Part shown: one piece after another, positions 27,562 to 37,543 of the stretch | Layout of the letters: every line of letters begins with the position of its first letter | How positions within the stretch are numbered: position 1 is the first letter of the stretch | Notes under the pieces: model-generated | Told to the model about the DNA's origin: nothing | Database searches by the model: none | What the model saw: only the letters and a program-made list of their open reading frames with translations | Origin: an uncultured Gemmatimonadales bacterium | Lineage (GTDB): Bacteria; Gemmatimonadota; Gemmatimonadetes; Longimicrobiales; Longimicrobiaceae | Assembly: GCA_963716255.1 (NCBI GenBank) | Contig: OY970303.1 | Span: 544,001-608,000, forward strand | DNA: 64,000 bases | Direction: 5' to 3' | Made by a program: the position numbers and the translations under genes

Positions 27562-28223
27562 CGCACGTCCTCCGCCTCGGCGGCCACGGCCGCGCCCGCG
27601 ACGACCGCCTCGCCGGGGTGCGCCTCCACCGCCTTCTTGCCGAAGCGGTGCTCCTCGCCGCGCAGGATGCGCCCCACGTTGGCGCGGTGCGAGAACACCA
27701 CGAACGCGGCGATCGCCCCGCCCAGCGCCCGCACCTCCCACCGGTCCGACGTGAGCCAGAGGAGGGGAAGCATGGTGAGCGCCGCCAGGATGGAGGCCAG
27801 CGACACCATGCGGCCGAGCCGCAGCGTCGCCAGCCACACCAGGAACGCGCCCCCCACCGCCGCCGGCGCCAGCGCCAGGAACACCCCGGCCCCGGTCGCC
27901 ACGCCCTTGCCGCCCCGGAAGCGCATGTACAGCGAGAACACGTGCCCCACGATGGCCGCCGCCCCGTACGCCAGCGCCCACCGCCAGTCCGGCGAGCTGT
28001 CCCACAGCGGAAAGTACCACGCGGGAACGAACCCCTTGAGCACGTCGAAAAGCATCACCGGCGCCGCCACCTTGGCCCCCAGCACGCGAAAGGTGTTGGT
28101 GGCCCCCAGGTTGCCGCTCCCGTGCTCCCGCAGGTCGATGCCGCGCACCAGCCGCCCCGCGACGTAGCTCGCGGGAACGGAGCCCAGCAGGTAGCCGGCG
28201 ACGACCAGAAGCCAGGGATTCAC
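27558..28223 (-). CDS. plsY: Glycerol-3-phosphate acyltransferase PlsY
   Basis: YLLGSVP, GSGNLGATN, FRGGKGVAT, HRANV. Confidence 0.97.
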   Translation of the reverse strand: MNPWLLVVAGYLLGSVPASYVAGRLVRGIDLREHGSGNLGATNTFRVLGAKVAAPVMLFDVLKGFVPAWYFPLWDSSPDWRWALAYGAAAIVGHVFSLYMRFRGGKGVATGAGVFLALAPAAVGGAFLVWLATLRLGRMVSLASILAALTMLPLLWLTSDRWEVRALGGAIAAFVVFSHRANVGRILRGEEHRFGKKAVEAHPGEAVVAGAAVAAEAEDVR

Positions 28224-28225
28224 GG

Positions 28226-28293
28226 CAGGGAACAGGGAACAGGGTTCATCGGTTCACGCGTAGCGTGAAGCGTCACAGGGAACAGCCTGCAAC
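28226..28293 (+). repeat. GGGAACA-heptamer element (family D) with TTCACGC-GTA-GCGTGAA hairpin; second copy 34812-34885, partial copy 56815-56852
   Basis: Near-identical ~65-nt copies seen directly. Confidence 0.9.
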
Positions 28294-28401
28294 GGCCCCT
28301 ACCCGGCCGCTTGAAGCCCGCGGCCGGACTTCCGCGCCGTCGTGCAGTGCTCCCCCTCTCCCGCTTGCGGGGGAGGGGGCCGGGGGAAGGGGGCCTGCCG
28401 T

Positions 28402-28535
28402 CGCGTGAGGGATTTCGGCCCGAAGGGGCGAGACCCGGCGGCTGTTTGCCGGGGCTCGACTCCGTTGCAAACGGTAGTATCGTTTGCTACGGAGCCGAAG
28501 CCCGACCCCGGCGCAGCCGGGGGCACGCCCGAACC
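28402..28535 (+). repeat. Family A copy 2
   Basis: Same scaffold; stem GCAAACG/CGTTTGC. Confidence 0.95.
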
Positions 28536-28580
28536 GGCTGTCAAAAGTCGTTGCCGTTCCGCACGCCGCGCGCCCCAAGC

Positions 28581-29906
28581 TCAATCCTCCTCGCCGCGCC
28601 GCCGGAGCGTGATGCGCAGCGGGACCCCAGAGAACCCCCACGCCGCCCGGAACCCGTTCATCAGGTAGCGCTGGTAGCTCTCGGCCACACCCTCGGGCGT
28701 GTTGCAGAACAGCACGAAGTTGGGGGGCCGGGTCGCCACCTGCGTGGCGTACAGGAACTTGATGGGGTGCCCGTGATGCGCCGGCGGACGGGCGCGCGCC
28801 ACCAGCTCGCGCAGCACCTCGTTGACCTCGTGCGTGGCGATGCGGCGGTTGCGCTGCTCTTCCACCTCCAGGACCATGGGGAGCACGCGCTGCACCCGCT
28901 GCCCGGTGAGCGTGCTGGTGAACACGATGGGCACCCACTGGAGGAAGGGCGCGCGGTTCCGCACCTCCTTCTCGAAGTGGGGCGCCGTCATGGTCTCCTT
29001 TTCCACCAGGTCCCACTTGTTGGCCACGATGATCAGCCCGCAGCCGGCCTCCCACGCCTTCTCGGCGATCTTGAGGTCCTGCACGGCGATCCCCTCGGTG
29101 GCGTCGATCAGCAGCAGGCACACGTCGGCGCGCTCGATCGCCCGCTCCGTGCGGATGGTGCTGTAGAACTCCACCCCGTCGTCGATGCGCGACTGCCGCC
29201 GCAGCCCGGCGGTGTCCACGAACACCAGCGTCTGCCCGTGGAACTGCATGGGCGTGTCGATGGCGTCGCGGGTGGTCCCCGCCACGTCGGACACCACCAG
29301 CCGCTCCTCGCCCAGCAGGCGGTTGACGAAGCTGGACTTGCCCACGTTGGGCTTGCCGATCACGGCCACGCGCAGGACGTCCTCCTCGTCGCCTTCGCCG
29401 GCGTCGGGGAGGAGCGCGACCACGGCGTCCAGGATGTCGCCGCTCCCCTTGCCGCTCAGGCTGCTCACGGGGAGCGGCTCGCCCAGCCCCACGTCCCAGA
29501 ACTCGTGGTGCGCGAGCGCGTTTGGGGCGCCCAGGTTGTCCACCTTGTTGACCACCAGCAGGGCGGGGCGCTGGGTGCGGCGCAGGTACTCGGCGACCTC
29601 GTAGTCCAGCGGGTGGGGGCCGGCCTTGCCGTCCACCAGCTGCACCACCACGTTGGCCTCGTCGATGGCGGTGAGCACCTGCTCGCGGATGAGCCGGTCC
29701 ATGGGCTCGTCCGAGTTCTCCACCATCCCGCCCGTGTCCACCAGGTAGAACTGGCGGCCGTTCCACTCGGTGCGCGCGAAGTTGCGGTCGCGCGTCACGC
29801 CGGGAAAGTCCTCGACGATGGCGATGCGCTGCCCGAGGATGCGGTTGAAGAAGGTGGACTTGCCGACGTTGGGCCGGCCGACGACGGCGACTACGGGGAG
29901 CTTCAA
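28581..29906 (-). CDS. der: Ribosome biogenesis GTPase Der (EngA)
   Basis: Two G domains (GRPNVGKST, GKPNVGKSS), DTGG and DTAG, KH-like C-terminus. Confidence 0.98.
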   Translation of the reverse strand: MKLPVVAVVGRPNVGKSTFFNRILGQRIAIVEDFPGVTRDRNFARTEWNGRQFYLVDTGGMVENSDEPMDRLIREQVLTAIDEANVVVQLVDGKAGPHPLDYEVAEYLRRTQRPALLVVNKVDNLGAPNALAHHEFWDVGLGEPLPVSSLSGKGSGDILDAVVALLPDAGEGDEEDVLRVAVIGKPNVGKSSFVNRLLGEERLVVSDVAGTTRDAIDTPMQFHGQTLVFVDTAGLRRQSRIDDGVEFYSTIRTERAIERADVCLLLIDATEGIAVQDLKIAEKAWEAGCGLIIVANKWDLVEKETMTAPHFEKEVRNRAPFLQWVPIVFTSTLTGQRVQRVLPMVLEVEEQRNRRIATHEVNEVLRELVARARPPAHHGHPIKFLYATQVATRPPNFVLFCNTPEGVAESYQRYLMNGFRAAWGFSGVPLRITLRRRGEED

Positions 29907-30006
29907 GGACGGTTCGGGGTCGGGAGGAACGGGACCTCGCGCCGGAACCCCCGGACGCGCGGGCGAATATGGCCGCGCGCCCGGACGGCGTCAACCGCGC
30001 CGGGGC

Positions 30007-30606
30007 TCAGGCCAGCGGGGCGCCGCACGACGCGCACGTCTCGGCGCCGGGCTCGTACGCTTCGCCGCAGGACGGGCAGGCGAACACCACCTCGCCCTCG
30101 GTGTCCATGTGGCCGCGGATGGTGTCCAGCGCGGCGCCGTACTCCCACACCGGCACCATCACCCGGACGATGCTCAGCTCGCCCAGGTCCACGGGGTAGA
30201 TGTGGTCCTTCTGCGAGAAGATCTGCGAGTCGATCCCCTCGGCCCGCAGGTTCTCCTGCACCAGCTGCGCTTCGATCTCGCCGTGCGTGCTGTACACCTG
30301 CGCCCACCCCTGGATCATGCGCACGCCGCGGTGCTCCTCGCACAGGAAGGCGTCGCCGCCGCCGGAGCTGCACCGGTCGCACAGGGCGCGCCCGCAGATC
30401 ACGCAGCGCCCCCTGGCCTCGCGGTCGGGGTGGGTCTCGCACGCGGCCTCCACGCGCAGGGTGCCGCACGCGGGGCAGGCGTCGGCGCCCTCGTACTCGG
30501 TCTCGCAGCGGGCGCAGCGGAAGCCTTCGCCGGGAGCCTCGGGGCTCTCGCCGGCGACGGGAAGGATCTGGGTACGGTCGTCGGCCGGGGTCGGGATCTC
30601 GGGCAT
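30007..30606 (-). CDS. Zinc-finger/B-box plus DUF2007-like protein
   Basis: Several CxxC pairs, CETHPDREA...CVICGRALCDRC, EAQLVQENLRAEGI. Confidence 0.75.
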   Translation of the reverse strand: MPEIPTPADDRTQILPVAGESPEAPGEGFRCARCETEYEGADACPACGTLRVEAACETHPDREARGRCVICGRALCDRCSSGGGDAFLCEEHRGVRMIQGWAQVYSTHGEIEAQLVQENLRAEGIDSQIFSQKDHIYPVDLGELSIVRVMVPVWEYGAALDTIRGHMDTEGEVVFACPSCGEAYEPGAETCASCGAPLA

Positions 30607-30748
30607 GAGGTGTCTGTCTCGGGTTCGCGTCGGTGCCATCGCGCGGCGTTTTCGCAAGAAGCGTGCGCCCCTCCGCACGCGAAAACGGGAGGCGGCCCTC
30701 GCGAGCCGCCCCCCGTGACCCTCCGACATCGACGTAACACCGACACCT

Positions 30749-30882
30749 GCGTGAGGGATTTCGGCCCGAAGGGGCGAGACCCGGCGGCAGTTTGCCGGGG
30801 CTCGACTCCGTTACGCACGGTTGTTTCGTGCGTTACGGAGCCGAAGCCCGACCCCCGCGCCAGCGGGGGTCACGTCCAGACC
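30749..30882 (+). repeat. Family A copy 3
   Basis: Same scaffold; stem ACGCACG/CGTGCGT. Confidence 0.95.
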
Positions 30883-30887
30883 TGCTC

Positions 30888-32114
30888 TTAACGGAAGGTG
30901 TAGCTGAAGCTGGTGACCGTCTGCCCGGCCGGGAGCGGCACCTGGAAGCTGGCGCTCTGCCCCTTGGCCGGCGCCGCGACCGTGGTGCTCTGCGTCCCCG
31001 CCTGCCCGGCGGGACCGTAGAAGGTGAAGGTGAGCGTCACCTGCGTCCCGGCGTTGGCCTTGTTGCCGATCACCTTGCCGGTGAGCATGGGCTGGCCGCC
31101 GTCGGGGGTCTCGAAGCGGATCTCGTCCACGTGCACCGGCAGCGCCTCGACGTCTTCCAGCACCTTGAGGGCCTGGTTCTGCAGGGCGCGCTGGCCGGCG
31201 GTGTTCTGCCCGGAAGCCTCGGCCTGCCCCTTGTAGGAGTTGAAGAGGATGATGCGCGCGTTCTCGTTGAGCGGGTCGATCTGCACCACCCGCTGCGCGA
31301 TCGGCGTCAGGTCCGCCCAGCGCTCCTGCTTGTACAGGGCCAGCGCGTAGTTGTACCAGGCGTCGCGGTTGTTCTGGTCGATCGTGGTCAGCTGGCGGAA
31401 GACCTCGATGGCGGGCCCGTACTGCTCGGCCTGGAACTGCCGCGCGCCCACGCTCAGCAGCCCGGCGAGCGAGTTCTGGCGGGTCTCGGCGCGCGACGTC
31501 ATCTCGGCGGAGGAGGTGTCCGCGGCCATCCGGTCGAGCACGGTGAGGGCCTCGCGGTACGCGGCCGTGGCCTGGGTCAGGTCGCCGCGCTGCGAGTACA
31601 CCACGCCCAGGTTGTAGTAGGCGTCCGGCCGCCCGCCATAGATGGAGTTGGCGCGCTGCCAGCTCGCCATGGCGGTGGCGGTGTCGTTCTGCGTGTACGC
31701 GTCGAGGCCGGCCTGGAAGGCGGTGGCCCAGCCGCGCTCGCGCTCGGGGGCGATCTCGGCCTCGAAGGCGGGGCAGAGCTCCACCGCGCGGTCCCAGGCG
31801 CGGTCGGCCTCCTCGAAGTTGCCGGCGGCGATGGCCGCCTGGCCCAGGAGGAACTGGTTCTGCGGGTTCCCCGGCTCGGCCGTGGCCGCCGCCTGCGCCC
31901 CGGTGAGCGCCTCCGCGGAGCGGCCCAGCAGCAGCGCGCGCTGGGCGACGACCGCCCCGGCACTCGCCGTCGTCGGCACGCCCGCGGCGCAGCTCACGGT
32001 GGGGAACGCGCCGGTGCCCGCGGTGGCGCCGCCCGCACCCGTTCCGGCCGCCGCGCAGGCACCCGCCACGGCGGACGCGCCCACGGCCAGGAACAGTCCA
32101 CGATGGAATCTCAT
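30888..32114 (-). CDS. TPR-repeat lipoprotein
   Basis: Lipobox AGAC; AYYNLGVVY and AWYNYALAL TPR motifs. Confidence 0.88.
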   Translation of the reverse strand: MRFHRGLFLAVGASAVAGACAAAGTGAGGATAGTGAFPTVSCAAGVPTTASAGAVVAQRALLLGRSAEALTGAQAAATAEPGNPQNQFLLGQAAIAAGNFEEADRAWDRAVELCPAFEAEIAPERERGWATAFQAGLDAYTQNDTATAMASWQRANSIYGGRPDAYYNLGVVYSQRGDLTQATAAYREALTVLDRMAADTSSAEMTSRAETRQNSLAGLLSVGARQFQAEQYGPAIEVFRQLTTIDQNNRDAWYNYALALYKQERWADLTPIAQRVVQIDPLNENARIILFNSYKGQAEASGQNTAGQRALQNQALKVLEDVEALPVHVDEIRFETPDGGQPMLTGKVIGNKANAGTQVTLTFTFYGPAGQAGTQSTTVAAPAKGQSASFQVPLPAGQTVTSFSYTFR

Positions 32115-32179
32115 CTCATCCCTCCGGTGATGGTGGCCGGCCTCCAGCGGGCCGGGGTTTCTCCGAGCTTTCGGACGGG

Positions 32180-33352
32180 TCAGTGCTCCGACGCCACGCC
32201 CTCGGACAGCATTGCCCGGAAGGCGGCGAGCGGCGTCATGCCGAGCCGGCCGGCGGCCCGGACCACGTCCTCGAACTCAGGCTTGGCGCGCTCCCCGCCG
32301 CCGGGGAGGGAGGAGCGCTTGACGCGGACCGGCTGGCCGCGCCACTCGACGGTCTCTTCTCGCCGGGCGAGCGCTTCCCGCCGCACGGGCCAGAAGCGGA
32401 CGCCGATGGACGAGCCGCCGTGGAACAGGGCCCCCTGCACCGCCGCCAGCGCGGAGGGCGGCACGAGCGCTTCCACGCGCAGCCCGGGGCGCCCCTTCTT
32501 CATCAGGACGGGGACGGCGGTGCAGTCCAGCGCGCCGGCGGCGAGCACCGCCTCCAGCAGCGGCGGCACGTACTCGGGGGACAGGTCGTCCACGTCGCAC
32601 TGCACCACCAGGACCTCCTCGTCATCCCGCCGGGCGTCGGCGCGGATGGCGACCAGGCGCAGGCAGTTGGGGCGGTCCTGCGGGTCCCGCGTCCCCGCGC
32701 CGAAGCCGGTGGCCTCGGCGACGAAGGTGGTGGGCGGGGCGGCCCCGGCGGTGAACGCCTGGAGCAGCGCGGCGCCGGTGGGGGTGGTGCACTCGCCCTC
32801 GAACTCGGGGTCCCGCACGGGGATCCCGGTGAGCAGCTTGAGCACCGCGGGCGGGGGCACGGGGAAGTTGCCGTGCGCCATCTCCGCCCACCCCCGCCCC
32901 AGCGCCACGGGGCGGGTGTAGAACTCGGTGAACCCCAGCTCGGCCGCCCCGGCCACGGACGCCAGCACGTCGATGATGGCGTCCAGCGCCCCCACCTCGT
33001 GGAAGTGCACGCGCTCGCGCGTGGTGCCGTGCACCTCCGCCTCGGCCTCGGCAAGAAGCGTGAACGCATGGATCGCGCGCTCCCGGACCTCCGCCGGCGC
33101 CTCCGTCCCCTCGATGATGCGCACCACGTGCGAGAGGTGGCGGTGGGCGTGCTCGTGCGGCAGCTCCAGGACCAGGCGCTGGCAGGCGATGCCCTTGCGC
33201 ATCACCCGCTCGGCGTCCACGCGCACCTCGGCCAGCTTCAGCCCGCGCACGAAGTCCCGGAGCCACTCCAGCGGGAGCCCCAGGTCCAGCAGGGCGGCGA
33301 TGGTCATGTCGCCGCTGATCCCGGCGAAGGGATCGAAGATCAGACCGCGCAA
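32180..33352 (-). CDS. larC: Nickel pincer cofactor biosynthesis protein LarC
   Basis: GISGDM, HEHAHRH, VHFHEVGALDAIID, TTPTGAAL, MKKGRPG, KPEFED. Confidence 0.93.
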   Translation of the reverse strand: MRGLIFDPFAGISGDMTIAALLDLGLPLEWLRDFVRGLKLAEVRVDAERVMRKGIACQRLVLELPHEHAHRHLSHVVRIIEGTEAPAEVRERAIHAFTLLAEAEAEVHGTTRERVHFHEVGALDAIIDVLASVAGAAELGFTEFYTRPVALGRGWAEMAHGNFPVPPPAVLKLLTGIPVRDPEFEGECTTPTGAALLQAFTAGAAPPTTFVAEATGFGAGTRDPQDRPNCLRLVAIRADARRDDEEVLVVQCDVDDLSPEYVPPLLEAVLAAGALDCTAVPVLMKKGRPGLRVEALVPPSALAAVQGALFHGGSSIGVRFWPVRREALARREETVEWRGQPVRVKRSSLPGGGERAKPEFEDVVRAAGRLGMTPLAAFRAMLSEGVASEH

Positions 33353-33411
33353 TTCAGCCTCTGGGGTAAACGGACGGCCGCAAGATAGGCCGCGCCTGGG
33401 GAATCGTCAAA

Positions 33412-34809
33412 CTACGCCCCTTCCCCGCCGATCTCCGGGAGCGCCGCCAGCACCCGCGCGCGCCCCTGCACCATCGCCACCCCCGGCAGGTCGGGCCCGT
33501 GCTCCTCGCCGGTGAGCGCCAGCCGCACGGGGAGGAAGAGCGCCCGCCCCTTCGCCCCCGCGTCCCTTCCCCCCTCGGCGATGGCGCCCTTGACGGCGGC
33601 CTCGTCCCACTCCGGCAGCGCGGCGAGCCGCGACCGCACGGCGGCGAGGACCCGCCGCGCCTCGCCGTCCGCCAGCACGCGCTCCCGGGCCTCGCGGGCC
33701 CCGAGAGTGTCCGGCCCGAAGAAGTGCTCCAGCTGCCCGCCCGCGTCGGCGAGCACGGAGATGCGCTCGCGCAGCGCCGCCGCGACCGCGGGCATTTCCT
33801 CCTCCGCGACGGGGAAGCGCTCCCGGTCCACGAACGGCGCGAGCGCGCGGGCCAGCTCGCCGGCGGGCATCTCCTGCACGTAGCGGGAGGAGAGCCAGCG
33901 CAGCTTGTCGCGGTCGAACACGGCGTCGCTCGCCCCCACGCGGTCCAGCTCCACCTCGGCGGCCAGCCGCTCGCGCGACAGCTTCTCCTCGCCGGAGGGG
34001 GAGGACCAGGAGAGCAGCGACAGGTAGTTGAAGAGCGCCTCGGGGAGGTAGCCCTGCCGCCGGTGCTCGGCGACGGAGGTGGCGCCGTGCCGCTTGGACA
34101 GCTTCTGCCGGTCGGGCCCCAGGATCAGCGGGATGTGCGCGAACACGGGGAGCGCCTGCCCGATCGCGTGGTAGACCAGGACCTGCTTGGGCGTGTTGTT
34201 GAGGTGGTCCACGCCGCGGACGACGTGGGTGATGCGCATCTCCGCGTCGTCGACGGCCGCGGCGAAGTTGTACGTGGGCAGGCCGTCCGAGCGCAGGAGC
34301 ACGAAGTCCTCGATGTCGCTCACCGGGAAGCTCACCGTGCCGCGGATCACGTCGTCGACGACGACCTCTCCCCCGTCGGGAACCCGGAACCGCAGCGCGG
34401 CTCCCGGCGGGACGATATCCGGCGCGTCCCGGTCTGCGCAGTCGCAGCGTCGGCGGCCCTGCGCGGTCTCGTCCTGCCCGGTGGGAGGGCAGGTGCACCA
34501 GTACGCGTGGCCACCCTGGAGCAGCCGCCGCGCGTGGTCCCGGTAGAGGGGCGAGCGCTCGCTCTGCCGGTAGGGCGCGTGGGGCCCGCCCGTGTCCGGC
34601 CCCTCGTCCCAGTCCAGCCCCAGCCAGCGCAGGTCGTCCAGCAGCGCCGCTTCGGCGCCGGCGACGTTGCGCTCGCGGTCGGTGTCCTCGATGCGCAGCA
34701 CGAAGCTGCCGCCGTGGTGGCGCGCCAGCAGCCAGTTGAGGATGGCCGTGCGCGCCCCGCCGACGTGGAGGCTGCCGGTAGGGCTGGGGGCGAAGCGGGT
34801 GCGGAACAT
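33412..34809 (-). CDS. gltX: Glutamate--tRNA ligase
   Basis: RFAPSPTG, HVGG, KLSKR, anticodon-binding C-terminus. Confidence 0.95.
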   Translation of the reverse strand: MFRTRFAPSPTGSLHVGGARTAILNWLLARHHGGSFVLRIEDTDRERNVAGAEAALLDDLRWLGLDWDEGPDTGGPHAPYRQSERSPLYRDHARRLLQGGHAYWCTCPPTGQDETAQGRRRCDCADRDAPDIVPPGAALRFRVPDGGEVVVDDVIRGTVSFPVSDIEDFVLLRSDGLPTYNFAAAVDDAEMRITHVVRGVDHLNNTPKQVLVYHAIGQALPVFAHIPLILGPDRQKLSKRHGATSVAEHRRQGYLPEALFNYLSLLSWSSPSGEEKLSRERLAAEVELDRVGASDAVFDRDKLRWLSSRYVQEMPAGELARALAPFVDRERFPVAEEEMPAVAAALRERISVLADAGGQLEHFFGPDTLGAREARERVLADGEARRVLAAVRSRLAALPEWDEAAVKGAIAEGGRDAGAKGRALFLPVRLALTGEEHGPDLPGVAMVQGRARVLAALPEIGGEGA

Positions 34810-34901
34810 CTAGGGAACAGGGTACAGGGTACAGGGTTCATCGGTTCACGCGTAGCGTGAAGCGTCACAGGGAACAGCCTGCAACTGCATGGCAGTGACC
34901 C

Positions 34902-36482
34902 TCAGTGCCGGAATAGGCGGCGCCCCGTGAACACCATCGCGATGCCGTGCTCGTTCGCGGCGGCGACCACCTCCTCGTCGCGCACGGAGCCGCCGGGCTG
35001 GATCACGGCGCGGATCCCCGCCTCGGCCGCGGCGTCCACGCCGTCGCGGAAGGGGAAGAAGGCGTCCGAGGCGAGGGCGGCGCCCGCGAGGTCGAAGCCG
35101 TTGTCGCGCGCCTTGAGCACGGCGATGCGCGACGAGTCGACGCGGCTCATCTGCCCGGCGCCGATCCCCAGCGCCATGCCGCCGCGCGCCAGGAGGATGG
35201 CGTTGGACTTGACGGCGGCCACGGCGCGCCAGGCGAAGCGCAGGTCGGCCCACTCCTCGTCCGTGGGCGCGCGGTCGCCGGCGACGCGCCAGCCGTCCTC
35301 GTCGAAGTGCGTGGACAGGCGGTCCTGCGCCACGAAGCCGCCGCGCACGCGCTTGAAGTCCCACCCCTCGTCGAGCTCCCCGCCGGCGGGGAGCACGATG
35401 AGGCGCAGGTTCTTTTTCTCGCGCAGCAGGTCCAGCGCGCGCGGGGCGAAGCCGGGCGCCACGACCGCCTCCACGAAGTTGGGGCGCATCAGCACCGCCG
35501 CCTCCTCCGACACCTCCGTGCTGAAGGCGATCACCGAGCCGAAGGCGCTGGTGGGGTCGGTGGAGAGCGCCTTCCGGTACGCCTCCGGAGCGTCCGCACC
35601 CACCGCGATCCCGCACGGCGTGTCGTGCTTGATGACCGCGCAGGCGGCGAGGTCGTCGCCGCTCCACGGGGCGACGGCGAGCACCGCGGCGTCCACGTCC
35701 ACCAGGTTGTTGAAGGACAGCTCCTTGCCGTGCAGCTGCCGCATGGCCGGGAGCCCGCCCGACACGCCAGCCTCCGCGTAGAAGGCGGCGCGCTGGTCCG
35801 GGTTCTCGCCGTAACGGAGGTCCTGCACCCGGGTGAGCGACAGCGACAGGCGCGGCGGGAAGCCGTCCGTGCCCGCGTCCGCCCCGGCGGCCTCCGCCGG
35901 GTGGAGCTGCCGCCGGAGGTATCCGGCGATGGCGGCGTCGTACGACGAGGTGTGGGCGTACACCTTGGCGGCCAGCTCGCGGCGCAGCGGCAGCGTGTCC
36001 GCGGGTCCGGCATCCAGCGCGCCCAGGACGCGCCCGTAGTCGGCCGTGTCCACCACCACCCACACGCTCTCGTGGTTCTTGGCCGCGGAGCGAAGCATGG
36101 ACGGCCCGCCGATGTCGATGTTCTCGATGGCCTCGTCCACGCCCACGCCCGGCTTCGCGACGGTCTCGCGGAAGGGGTACAGGTTCACCGCCACCAGGTC
36201 GATGGGCGCGTAGCCCCGTGCCGCCATCTCCTCCAGGTCGGTGGCGTGACCGCGGCGCGCCAGCAGCCCGGCGTGCACCGCCGGGTGGAGCGTCTTCACG
36301 CGGCCGTCCATCATCTCCGGGTGGCCGGTCACCTCGGCGACCTCCACCACCTCCAGCCCCGCCTCGCGCAGCGCGCTGGCCGTGCCGCCGGTGGAGAGCA
36401 GCGTCCACCCGCGCCCGGCGAGCGCGCGGGCGAAGGGGACGAGGCCGGACTTGTCGGACACGCTGAGCAGGGCTCTGGGCAT
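34902..36482 (-). CDS. purH: Bifunctional AICAR transformylase/IMP cyclohydrolase
   Basis: ALLSVSDK, GRVKTLHP, LRYGENP, SDAFFPF. Confidence 0.98.
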   Translation of the reverse strand: MPRALLSVSDKSGLVPFARALAGRGWTLLSTGGTASALREAGLEVVEVAEVTGHPEMMDGRVKTLHPAVHAGLLARRGHATDLEEMAARGYAPIDLVAVNLYPFRETVAKPGVGVDEAIENIDIGGPSMLRSAAKNHESVWVVVDTADYGRVLGALDAGPADTLPLRRELAAKVYAHTSSYDAAIAGYLRRQLHPAEAAGADAGTDGFPPRLSLSLTRVQDLRYGENPDQRAAFYAEAGVSGGLPAMRQLHGKELSFNNLVDVDAAVLAVAPWSGDDLAACAVIKHDTPCGIAVGADAPEAYRKALSTDPTSAFGSVIAFSTEVSEEAAVLMRPNFVEAVVAPGFAPRALDLLREKKNLRLIVLPAGGELDEGWDFKRVRGGFVAQDRLSTHFDEDGWRVAGDRAPTDEEWADLRFAWRAVAAVKSNAILLARGGMALGIGAGQMSRVDSSRIAVLKARDNGFDLAGAALASDAFFPFRDGVDAAAEAGIRAVIQPGGSVRDEEVVAAANEHGIAMVFTGRRLFRH

Positions 36483-36551
36483 TCGCTTGACCTGTCGGAG
36501 AACGCCCTCGCGGGCGACGTGGTTTCCAGCGGCGGCGGGACCGGGCGGCGC

Positions 36552-37247
36552 TCAGCCGTCCCGCGTCCCCCCGAAGACGGCGATCCCCCGGACGGACTCT
36601 TCGGCGGGCGCCGCGCGGGGCGCCAGGTCGAAGGCCACGGGGTCGGCCAGCGGCTGCACGTGCGGTGCTCCGCCGCGGGCGAGCCCTTCCACCACCAGGG
36701 GGAGGAGCCGGTGCTCCACCGCGAGCACGCGGGCGGCGAGCGCCCCGGGGGTATCGCCGGGGAGCACGGGCACCGGCCACTGCGCGATGATGGCGCCGGA
36801 GTCGTACTCCTCGCCCACGTGGTGCACCGTGGCGCCGGTGACGCGCGCGCCGGACTCGATCACGGCGCGGTGCACCCGCATCCCGTACATCCCCGCCCCG
36901 CCGAACGCGGGGAGCAGCGCCGGGTGGATGTTGACCATCCGCCCCCGGAAGCGCTCCACCACCGCCGCCGGCACGAGCTGGAGGAACCCGGCCAGCACCA
37001 CCAGCTCCACCCGGTGACGGTCCAGCTCCGCGAGCAGCGCTTCCGTGTACCCCTCGGCCCCCATCTCCCGGACCGCGAGCACGGCGACCGGGACCCCCGC
37101 GCGCTCCGCCCGCTCCAGCGCGCCGATGCCGGCGCGGCTCCCCACCACCAGCTCCACGCGCGCGACGGACGGCCCCCCGACGTTGAAGCGGTCGAGGAGC
37201 GATTGCAGGTTGGTCCCGCCGCCCGAGGCGAGGACCGCGACGCGCAT
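36552..37247 (-). CDS. purN: Phosphoribosylglycinamide formyltransferase
   Basis: VLASGGGTNLQ, NIHPALLPAFGG, GATVH, DSGAII. Confidence 0.97.
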   Translation of the reverse strand: MRVAVLASGGGTNLQSLLDRFNVGGPSVARVELVVGSRAGIGALERAERAGVPVAVLAVREMGAEGYTEALLAELDRHRVELVVLAGFLQLVPAAVVERFRGRMVNIHPALLPAFGGAGMYGMRVHRAVIESGARVTGATVHHVGEEYDSGAIIAQWPVPVLPGDTPGALAARVLAVEHRLLPLVVEGLARGGAPHVQPLADPVAFDLAPRAAPAEESVRGIAVFGGTRDG

Positions 37248-37348
37248 GGGATCCGGCAGCGGCGTTCTCCGGCTGGGGTCGAGGCGGCGGAAGATAGACC
37301 GCGCTCCCCGAGGCGTCAACCGAGCGGACGGCCGCGCAGGAAAGCGAA

Positions 37349-37524
37349 GCCGCCGCCCGGACGATCCGGACGGCGGCTGGAACCCGCATGAGGGATTTCG
37401 GCCCGAAGTGGCGAGACCCGGCGGGGCTGTTTCCGCCGGGGCTCGACTCCGTTACGCAGCGTTGTTTGCTGCGTTACGGAGCCGAAGCCCGACCCCGGCG
37501 CCAGCCGGGGGCACGCCCGCACCC
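37349..37524 (+). repeat. Family A copy 4 with 5' extension
   Basis: Scaffold plus GCCGCCCGGACGATCCGGACGGC extension shared with copy 5. Confidence 0.95.
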
Positions 37525-37543
37525 GGCAGTTCAACGTTTGAGG

